This document shows, in pieces, positions 34,923-42,092 of a stretch of 42,092 nucleotides of DNA; within the stretch, counting starts at the first letter, position 1; each line of letters starts with the position of its first letter. A program made the position numbers and the translations under genes. The stretch is from positions 1-42,092 of the IMG/VR virus record IMGVR_UViG_3300020045_008038. One strand, 5' to 3'. Origin of the DNA: a virus. Lineage: Duplodnaviria > Caudoviricetes. The notes below the pieces were generated by a model. That model searched no databases and had not been told where the DNA came from. It saw only the letters and a list, made by a program, of their open reading frames with translations.

Positions 34923-35618
34923 TTAGGAACCTATACCCATCATCATCCTACCTCCTAAAATTTTTCTAGTGGTTGCATCGACTGATGTTTTTATAGCGAA
35001 TGACAATCCTATCATTGGTTGTGAATCTCCTGATGTTATTGTCTGCGCTCCCGTAGCTCCGGCAGAAGCAATAACCTTATAGCTTACTCCTTGAGGTTGA
35101 TCCGTTGAGTTTTTAATTGTAGTATATCCGCCTGGATTAGAAGAAATAGTAGAAAGTGCATTGTCTATATACCCACATACAACATGAATTGAGTTTACAA
35201 ATCCAGTAGTTATAGATGGAGCATTAATCGTAGCTGCGCTGGAATCATCCCTATTTGCTGCATTTCCAGTTGAAGGAGCCACATCATAAAATGTTGCATT
35301 TGGATTCTGCCAACAAGCAGCAACGATTGACCATCGTCCACTTGCTCCACTGGTAAAATTATATGTGCTTGGATCTCCTGCTTGAATTACACGAGAAAAC
35401 AAAGATACAGTTTGACCAGATGTTGTGTTTGGTGAGAAATCAGTCAAATCTTCGGTAAAAGGGGTTGCACCGTTATTATCCACGATGGTTGTATTTCCAT
35501 TACAATGTACTGAAATCGTCACTACGTCACCTGTTGTAGTTCCAGTTGGAGCGCTTACGGATATAGCCGTTCCTGTGGTTGAATTGTTTTCCGTTGATTC
35601 TCTGAGTACAGTCGCCAT
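34923..35618 (-). CDS. Thr/Ser-rich beta-sandwich virion protein
   Basis: APTGTTTGDV, AGDPSTYNFT, AGATGAQT motifs. Confidence 0.6.
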   Translation of the reverse strand: MATVLRESTENNSTTGTAISVSAPTGTTTGDVVTISVHCNGNTTIVDNNGATPFTEDLTDFSPNTTSGQTVSLFSRVIQAGDPSTYNFTSGASGRWSIVAACWQNPNATFYDVAPSTGNAANRDDSSAATINAPSITTGFVNSIHVVCGYIDNALSTISSNPGGYTTIKNSTDQPQGVSYKVIASAGATGAQTITSGDSQPMIGLSFAIKTSVDATTRKILGGRMMMGIGS

Positions 35619-35692
35619 ATATCACCTCTTGTTTGCATATATTCCACCAACGAGACAAATGAGTGGAAGGAAAAAGAAAAATAGAGTTAATT

Positions 35693-37525
35693 TCATGCTG
35701 ATATAAAATAGCTAACGTTTACATCAATAGTCGCTGCCGCTGATACATATACGACTAGATCCTGATTTGTCATTCCACAATTAACCGGAAGTGGGTAGGA
35801 CTTTTGCTGACCTACTCCCGCTGTGGTTCCAAACGTCCCTCGTAGTAATACGGACGATCCAGTTAGCGCAGTTCCAAATCCGACTACACAGATGGCGTTT
35901 GTACTTGGATTATTAATAGACACATCATTTACCCACACTGAAGTTCCAGCTCCTACTGCGGCAGATCCTACTAATGTTCCATATGACGCTGTTCCAGTGA
36001 ATGTTGTGCAGTATGACAACACATTTCTACCCGTTCTACCATCTAATTTTACCGTTCCACCAAGTATATTTTGAATAGTACCAGCATTTAGTAATTGAGT
36101 GATTGTGCCTCCTAAAATGTTAGGAACCGTACCTCCAGTGTGTACTTTTGCGATATTTACTACTGATCCAACGTTTGTTAATGATCCTGATGTTAATGTT
36201 CCAAGAGTCATTCTAACTGATCCAGAGGTTAAATTTGTAACCACACCCATTCCAACAACTGACCCTACAGACGTTATTGTTCCCGCATTGATCATGCTTA
36301 TCGTTCCAGCTTTCAATAGATCAATGGTTCCTGCGTTGATTGTTCCAACGGTTGTTCCTGAAGCTAAACTCGTTACTGTTCCAGATGTGATGACAATGGA
36401 CCCACCATATAGGGCGCCTATATTTGTAATTGATCCTACGTTTGTAACCGTACCTATACCTATAGCAGTTCCCAGTGATGTAATAGTTCCACTGTCTATA
36501 TGTACTGTTCCATCCTTTATTAAATCCAACGTTCCGCCTGTTGCATTGCCTACTGATATAGCTGGCATGGTACCAATTGAACTTATTGACCCTATATTTG
36601 TAATAGTTCCAATTCCTGGAACTGTACCAAGCGAAGTGAGTGTTCCTGCATTAATCATACTCACGGTTCCAGCCGTTAGCATGGAAACGACTCCGACACC
36701 TGTAGTTGTTCCAGAATTAGTGATTGTTCCACTACTTGTTACAACCGTTCCGCCATAGAGAAGTCCGATAGAAGTGACTGATCCCACATTCGTTAGAGTT
36801 CCAACTCCTGGAATTGATCCTACTGAAACCGTACCAACCCCAAGTGTTCCAATATTTCCAATGCTTCCAATATTTGTCACACTTCCTAGATTTGTAACCG
36901 TTCCTAGTCCCGGCAATGTACCAAGTACACACGTTGCTGAGTTTATAGTCCCAGATACAAGATTTTGGAGTGTTCCAGTAGTTACTGTAGCTGATGTTAT
37001 TGCATGCGCTGCAATGGTCCCTGCGGTTACTATGATTGATCCTGTGGCTATTGTTCCGCTTGTAACGACTATTGATCCACCTGTGATAACTTCTGTTCCC
37101 GCTGTAACCTGAATAGACCCCTGTGGAATATTTGGAAGTGTTGTAATAGTTCCTATATTTGTTATTGTTCCAATTCCAGTGATTGAACCAACAGATACAG
37201 TGCCAACCTCAAGCGTTCCAATGTTTCCTACACGAGTTATTAAATCGAGAGTTCCACCAGTTGATTCTCCGATAGAAATAGCTGGCATTGTGCCTATTGT
37301 TGAGATACTACCTATATTGGTTACTGAACCGAAATTAAGTGTTCCAGCTTTTAGATTAAAATCTATCCATTCTACAGAATCTTTTATATTTCCAATATCG
37401 TCTGAGACAATTTCAACTGTTCCTTGTCTGACATCAATAACCTGGGTATTTATTGTTCCCCCGTCATCTTCAAATCGGACATAGCCCTGAGTACCAAAAT
37501 TTATTCCCAAAGGATTTACAGACAT
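35693..37525 (-). CDS. Gly-Thr/Ser repeat fibre or beta-solenoid virion protein
   Basis: 610 aa, about 50 GT dipeptides in GT(I/V/L)TN(I/V) style repeats, core nearly uncharged. Confidence 0.7.
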   Translation of the reverse strand: MSVNPLGINFGTQGYVRFEDDGGTINTQVIDVRQGTVEIVSDDIGNIKDSVEWIDFNLKAGTLNFGSVTNIGSISTIGTMPAISIGESTGGTLDLITRVGNIGTLEVGTVSVGSITGIGTITNIGTITTLPNIPQGSIQVTAGTEVITGGSIVVTSGTIATGSIIVTAGTIAAHAITSATVTTGTLQNLVSGTINSATCVLGTLPGLGTVTNLGSVTNIGSIGNIGTLGVGTVSVGSIPGVGTLTNVGSVTSIGLLYGGTVVTSSGTITNSGTTTGVGVVSMLTAGTVSMINAGTLTSLGTVPGIGTITNIGSISSIGTMPAISVGNATGGTLDLIKDGTVHIDSGTITSLGTAIGIGTVTNVGSITNIGALYGGSIVITSGTVTSLASGTTVGTINAGTIDLLKAGTISMINAGTITSVGSVVGMGVVTNLTSGSVRMTLGTLTSGSLTNVGSVVNIAKVHTGGTVPNILGGTITQLLNAGTIQNILGGTVKLDGRTGRNVLSYCTTFTGTASYGTLVGSAAVGAGTSVWVNDVSINNPSTNAICVVGFGTALTGSSVLLRGTFGTTAGVGQQKSYPLPVNCGMTNQDLVVYVSAAATIDVNVSYFISA

Positions 37526-37875
37526 AATTTACTCCTTCTAGTGATCCACATTTTTGTATGGATATCGTCATATTTATTATGACAACTACCACATAAAGAA
37601 ATCCAATCAGATAACTCTCTTTTATATTCCCCAGATTTGTTTGCCCATCCCACCTGCTTACCAGTTCCTATTTTTCCGCAAAATTCACAAGTAGTAGCCT
37701 TTCCTTTAAGTTTAGCTACCCATCTATGTAATCCTCTGTATCCAACATTTTCACCTTTCCACTGATAAGCATTTTTCCCTGATATTCTAGGTTCATTTTT
37801 CTTAAATTCCGCAGGAGAATCCCAATATCTTTTTATTCCCTTATTCCAAGCTGGTATTCCTTTCGGTCTTGCCAT
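37516..37875 (-). CDS. HNH-like endonuclease with NUMOD3-like N-terminus
   Basis: AWNKG, WKGENVGY..LH.W, CEFCG, WAN, LCGSCH. Confidence 0.7.
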   Translation of the reverse strand: MARPKGIPAWNKGIKRYWDSPAEFKKNEPRISGKNAYQWKGENVGYRGLHRWVAKLKGKATTCEFCGKIGTGKQVGWANKSGEYKRELSDWISLCGSCHNKYDDIHTKMWITRRSKLCL

Positions 37876-37885
37876 AATATTCTCC

Positions 37886-38353
37886 TCATGGATACGTCAT
37901 GCCGAGCATACCTATCATATATCCTGAATTTCCTCCAGGTGGTGGTGTAGGTGGTATTACTGTAGAGTTAAAGTTCATTCCTATGATGTTTCTTGGCTTT
38001 TGTATTTGAGCCATTGATATCATCGGATAAACGTCTTGCTCGTATATTCCACCATACATCACTGCTATCTGATTGTATGTTAACCCTGCTTCGTTATAAG
38101 TATATCCCTGATCTTCTATTTGCTTATTTGTTTTATTTACCTGTAATGACGGTCTATGGTTCCAAGCATGCGCTGACGGTGTGGTTGTACGAGCTAGTGC
38201 AATACTTGGAACTATATCCTGTCCATATATTCCACCATACATCACACCTATTTCGTTATATGTTAATCCTGCTTGATTATAGGTATATCCTTGATTTGCT
38301 AATGACTTGGTTGTTTTCCTTGCAGAAACAACTGGTTTTATAGCGTCCTTCAT
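37886..38353 (-). CDS. Hypothetical virion protein with internal duplication
   Basis: QGYTYN(Q/E)AGLTYN..I.VMYGGIY.QD occurs twice. Confidence 0.6.
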   Translation of the reverse strand: MKDAIKPVVSARKTTKSLANQGYTYNQAGLTYNEIGVMYGGIYGQDIVPSIALARTTTPSAHAWNHRPSLQVNKTNKQIEDQGYTYNEAGLTYNQIAVMYGGIYEQDVYPMISMAQIQKPRNIIGMNFNSTVIPPTPPPGGNSGYMIGMLGMTYP

Positions 38354-38356
38354 AGA

Positions 38357-38683
38357 TTATTTATTGTATAAAATCAAAGCACCCTGATTAGCTGAATTGA
38401 CGACTGTAAGAGCTGTTTTGGTCCGTAAATTCATCATAAATGGAGTCGGGGGATCACTGAATGTCTGTGTTCCAAGGGTAATTGTCCCGATCACTGCGGT
38501 AGAAGTTCCAACACTGTCATATAGGGTAATTGCACCGCTTGCTGAACGATTAGTAAACACAATACCACCCAAAATACACGGTTCTGACATAATTGTGGTT
38601 GTTCCTGCAGCCGATCCTACTGCGCTATAATCATACACACCTGGATCTTTTACGGATTTTCCTGCTACTGTTAGATCTGGCAT
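38357..38683 (-). CDS. Small beta-sandwich virion protein
   Basis: Probable start MPDL; ITLYDSVGTS motif. Confidence 0.6.
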   Translation of the reverse strand: MPDLTVAGKSVKDPGVYDYSAVGSAAGTTTIMSEPCILGGIVFTNRSASGAITLYDSVGTSTAVIGTITLGTQTFSDPPTPFMMNLRTKTALTVVNSANQGALILYNK

Positions 38684-38750
38684 AGGTATCAAAGAAGCCT
38701 TCTGGTAGCATCTATGACAGTCTTTTTATCTGTATATACGATTATACACC
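38684..38750 (-). promoter_or_regulatory. Late promoter with two-hairpin leader
   Basis: TATAAT 38746-38741, ACAG/CTGT hairpin, GATGCT-ACCAGAAG-GCTTC. Confidence 0.7.
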
Positions 38751-39914
38751 CTTATTTTCTTTTGGGACAAGTTCGTTCTGTAGATCTTCGAAATATGGAA
38801 CCCACTTCTCCTTAAATATCTTATCAGTGTCGAAATTTTCAACCATAAACTTACGAGCTTCTTTTCCCATTTCAATCGTATTTCTTTTGTGAATTGCAAC
38901 AAGATTATCGAATATAGATTGTACTGATGGAATGCCCCAATACGATCCTGACGCTACAAACCTCTTATATCCCACGTCACAAAGATATCCAGTCTTTTCA
39001 TGTAAACACAATTCTTCCATGGATGTAAATCTGTTTGTTATAACAGGTACTCCGCATGCTTGCGCTTCAATAAGTGGAACACAAAATCCTTCGGAAGCCG
39101 ACGGAGCCATAAGTACGTCAAATGAGTTATATACCAGTGCCATTTCCTTTTTGCCCATGTTGTAGTTCATCTGGTATGCATCTGGAAATATAACACGATC
39201 TTGAATTCCTATAAATCGTGCATATTCATCGATTGGAAACCCACCCGGAAACTGTGGATTAGTATGAATGTACAACACTGCTTTTGGTTCTACTGCCAAG
39301 AACATCTTGAATGCGTCCATGACCTCCTGGAATGACTTACGAGGTGGGTTATCCTTATTAGCGGCAACCATACCCACCAGGAAGCAATCAGCCGGAAGTC
39401 CTGCGGCTTTCTTCCGTTCTATCTTGTCCATTGGTTTGTATATCTTTGTGTCTACCGTATGTGGAATATATGTGGAGAATATACCTTTATCCAGTAGCTG
39501 TTTCTGACCAAATTTAGCGTATGTGACTACCTTGTATGCAAATCGTAGTTTATCCAGTACATTTCCTGGAACCGGATCTTGATCGATAGGAAGAATAGGA
39601 ATCCAGTGGTTTGTTTTCGCTAGATCGTCAGGATGAAGCACCCATATGTCTTGAAGGGTAAACACCACGTCTGCTTGAAAGTCTTTTCCATGTAACACCA
39701 TACCATCCGACCCGTATACGTGATTGATCGTTGGATAATGTACTACCCCATCAATTGCCAACTTTCCACCTTGAAGACCAAAGAAGTCACCCTGTGCGAC
39801 TGGATATCCTTCTTTAGTAATGCGTGGTAAAAGTTCGGCCATCTGCATTGAATAGCCAGAGGTAGCCCAAGGAGCATTGGAGTTTATATAAATTCTCAAG
39901 CGTTTTTCATTCAT
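38742..39914 (-). CDS. Glycosyltransferase, GT4 family (GT-B fold)
   Basis: SGYS, IPHTVDTKIYKP, RK, EGFCVPLIEAQACGVPVI (EX7E). Confidence 0.92.
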   Translation of the reverse strand: MNEKRLRIYINSNAPWATSGYSMQMAELLPRITKEGYPVAQGDFFGLQGGKLAIDGVVHYPTINHVYGSDGMVLHGKDFQADVVFTLQDIWVLHPDDLAKTNHWIPILPIDQDPVPGNVLDKLRFAYKVVTYAKFGQKQLLDKGIFSTYIPHTVDTKIYKPMDKIERKKAAGLPADCFLVGMVAANKDNPPRKSFQEVMDAFKMFLAVEPKAVLYIHTNPQFPGGFPIDEYARFIGIQDRVIFPDAYQMNYNMGKKEMALVYNSFDVLMAPSASEGFCVPLIEAQACGVPVITNRFTSMEELCLHEKTGYLCDVGYKRFVASGSYWGIPSVQSIFDNLVAIHKRNTIEMGKEARKFMVENFDTDKIFKEKWVPYFEDLQNELVPKENKGV

Positions 39915-40294
39915 ATAAGAATCTTTCCTAAATCATATTTTTTATGGCATGGTACACATAATCTTACCCAATCATATTTGGATCTTACATAACATCTACT
40001 TAAATTTGCCCAATGATACATTTTTCTATTTTTATCTCCACAGTAATCACATTTTCTAGGAACTCCAAGAGTTTTTCTAACCCAATCATGTAATGCATGA
40101 TAACCAACATCTTCACCTTTCCAATTAGGATGATTCTCACCTCTCGGAATGGCAAGCAATCTTTTATTTTCAAATTCTGGATCACTTTTTCTTAATTTAG
40201 TTATCCAAGTTCTTCCAGTATTTCTTAATTTAGATCCAGTAATTTGCCACCAAGCCTTATTTCCCTTAATAAATCTTCCATTTTCATCTCTCAT
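39911..40294 (-). CDS. HNH-like endonuclease with NUMOD3-like N-terminus
   Basis: RDENGRFIKG, GENHPNWKG, CDYCG, HWAN, LCVPCH. Confidence 0.7.
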   Translation of the reverse strand: MRDENGRFIKGNKAWWQITGSKLRNTGRTWITKLRKSDPEFENKRLLAIPRGENHPNWKGEDVGYHALHDWVRKTLGVPRKCDYCGDKNRKMYHWANLSRCYVRSKYDWVRLCVPCHKKYDLGKILI

Positions 40295-40296
40295 AT

Positions 40297-41067
40297 TTAT
40301 TCACTGGTCAATGTATTTATATATTTCATTACATCATTATTAAAAAATTTACCCCAACTCTCTTTTTGACTTCCTCCACCCATATGGACAATCTTTAAAG
40401 ATACTTCTCTCGGTGGAAAAGGAGTTGTACCAAGTCCTTGTGGTACTATAACTTCATTATTTTTTAATTCAGCCCGTGAGAGTTCTAACTTTGATATCAT
40501 TCCCCACCAACTATTGTTTCCACCTATCGGATCCATATGATCCAAGCATCTGATATTCCAGTTACCGTAGTAAATCATTGCATTCAGCATGTCCTGTTCT
40601 TTATATTGTGACCGATTGTACTGCTCTGTAAAGCAGAGAATCTTCCAATCATGGACAAACTTCTCATTTCTCATACACACCAGTCCGCAGTTCATGTACT
40701 CAATCGGCAGTACGTTTTGGAATTGAACAATAGGGAAGCGTTGTGCGTCGTAGCGGTTCCAGTTAATCACTGTAGCAACGTCGTAGTCCGGTGTCTTCCA
40801 AATGTAGGATAAATCACCCAGTACTAGGCTATCTGCATCAATTTTGACAACTAATTCGTACTCTTTTAGGAACTTCTCAGCAAGGATAGGCGTGGCACGA
40901 TAGAAAAACTGTGGATCATCAGTGGTGTATGCTTTCAATTCTTCGCCTTGAACAATAATGAAGTCTATTTCCTTGTGAAATTTCTTGAAACTATTTTCAA
41001 GTGCTTTTGCGTACTTGAGGTTTGCTGAATCCGCAATAGTGAAAAAAACAACGGGTTTTCTGTTCAT
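40297..41067 (-). CDS. Glycosyltransferase, GT-A fold (GT8/GT77-like)
   Basis: IDAD (DxD), MNCGL, EQDMLN, IVHMGGG. Confidence 0.82.
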   Translation of the reverse strand: MNRKPVVFFTIADSANLKYAKALENSFKKFHKEIDFIIVQGEELKAYTTDDPQFFYRATPILAEKFLKEYELVVKIDADSLVLGDLSYIWKTPDYDVATVINWNRYDAQRFPIVQFQNVLPIEYMNCGLVCMRNEKFVHDWKILCFTEQYNRSQYKEQDMLNAMIYYGNWNIRCLDHMDPIGGNNSWWGMISKLELSRAELKNNEVIVPQGLGTTPFPPREVSLKIVHMGGGSQKESWGKFFNNDVMKYINTLTSE

Positions 41068-41441
41068 CGATATCTCCCTTGTAAATTAAAATATTGAGTT
41101 GCAGTCATTTCCATGTTTTTTTTATCAAAATAGGCATGGCATTTTTTACATAGTCTCATCCAATCTGATTCTATTCTTTGATATTTTCCACTAATATTAG
41201 CCCATCCTATTTTTTTGTTATTTGTAAATACTTTTCCACAAAATATGCACTTATTTGGTTTCCCTAGTACCTTGTTTACCCATTTGTGTAATGCACTATA
41301 TCCTACTTTTTCACCTTTCCAGTACGGATGTTCATTAAATTTCAATGAATAGTCCTCGTGACCACATTTGAATGATCCACTGTTAGTGGCTCCTTTTATA
41401 CCTTTATTCCATGCATGTCTGATTTTATTTACTGCAAGCAT
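41064..41441 (-). CDS. HNH-like endonuclease with NUMOD3-like N-terminus
   Basis: Probable start MLAVNK; AWNKG, WKGEKVGY.ALH.W, CIFCG, WAN, LCKKCH. Confidence 0.7.
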   Translation of the reverse strand: MLAVNKIRHAWNKGIKGATNSGSFKCGHEDYSLKFNEHPYWKGEKVGYSALHKWVNKVLGKPNKCIFCGKVFTNNKKIGWANISGKYQRIESDWMRLCKKCHAYFDKKNMEMTATQYFNLQGRYR

Positions 41442-42072
41442 AAACATCAGCCTGACAAGGCAATTTTCGGATTGTCTTAAATCCAAGATTTATTAGCCCA
41501 AAATTAAGGATATTAGGATTTGTATTGTTCCACGAATGAGACTCATAGACCATCGTATCTATGATCGGTGCTACGTTTTTGAACGATTCAGAGGTGAATA
41601 ACTTATCTTCTGACCCTTCTATGTCGCACTTGATGAAGTTAATGTGATCGATCTTCTCTTGTTTTATCAGTGTTTCAAGACTCATTGTCTCTACTTCTTC
41701 GGTCACCTTGTTGTCATTCACCAGTGGAATCATACTGTTCATCGTTGAATTTGATGAGTGGTAAAACGTCACTTTTCCGTCAGTTGGTGCGATAGCCTTC
41801 TGAAATGCCTTGACGTTAGTGATACCGTTATCTTTTATGTTCTTTACGGCTATGTCGTATGTTTCTTTGGTTGGCTCAAATGCGTATACCTGTTTTGCGT
41901 ATTTAGAAGCAAATAGCGACCATAAACCGATGTTCAGTCCAAGATCCAAAAAAATACCATCCCTACCGGAAAGATAGGGGTGGTAGATTTTTTGCAAGTA
42001 TATTTCAAGAAGTATCTCGGGGATGTGGGAGTTGTCCCAATCTGAATAGTTTAGAACGCCTGTTTTATTCAT
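41425..42072 (-). CDS. FkbM-family SAM-dependent methyltransferase
   Basis: FLDLGLNIG, VYAFEP, IKCDIEGSE; on the circle it directly follows the 153-833 gene. Confidence 0.9.
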   Translation of the reverse strand: MNKTGVLNYSDWDNSHIPEILLEIYLQKIYHPYLSGRDGIFLDLGLNIGLWSLFASKYAKQVYAFEPTKETYDIAVKNIKDNGITNVKAFQKAIAPTDGKVTFYHSSNSTMNSMIPLVNDNKVTEEVETMSLETLIKQEKIDHINFIKCDIEGSEDKLFTSESFKNVAPIIDTMVYESHSWNNTNPNILNFGLINLGFKTIRKLPCQADVYACSK

Positions 42073-42092
42073 GTTTGGCCGTTAACCATCCA
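41972..42092. repeat. Terminal direct repeat (assembly overlap), copy 2
   Basis: Identical to 1-121. Confidence 0.95.

Noticed and set aside
36099-37484. Long plus-strand ORFs rich in VP/DP
   Set aside because: Antisense shadows of the Gly-Thr/Ser repeat gene; the same applies to plus-strand ORFs over the MCP, portal and ejection genes

Overview
Complete, circularly assembled genome (~41,971 bp; bases 1-121 are repeated at 41972-42092) of a tailed dsDNA phage with podovirus-like architecture. It has TerS, TerL, portal, scaffold, major capsid, adaptor, nozzle, three ejection-type proteins, a beta-helix tailspike and a CHAP endolysin with holin candidates. I recognise no tape measure, integrase, polymerase, helicase or initiator gene. 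The morphogenesis arm is on the minus strand and wraps through the assembly junction. A plus-strand early arm (17.2-25.0 kb) holds a lytic transglycosylase, an ERF recombinase, many tiny ORFs separated by short direct repeats, and several highly structured non-coding segments. The main observation is a glycan-building gene set embedded among the packaging and head genes: two glycosyltransferases, two FkbM methyltransferases, an NDP-sugar epimerase and a split transketolase. Alongside it, the predicted outer virion proteins, but not the internal ones, are strongly enriched in the dipeptide Gly-Thr. This suggests a phage-encoded, sequon-directed virion O-glycosylation system (inference). Also notable are a two-hairpin leader repeated at five late promoters, a tRNA-like RNA with a 24-nt anticodon loop preceded by a double-pseudoknot RNA, and a candidate RNA-primed origin. 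All product calls come from motif recognition and synteny, not database searches; counts are manual.
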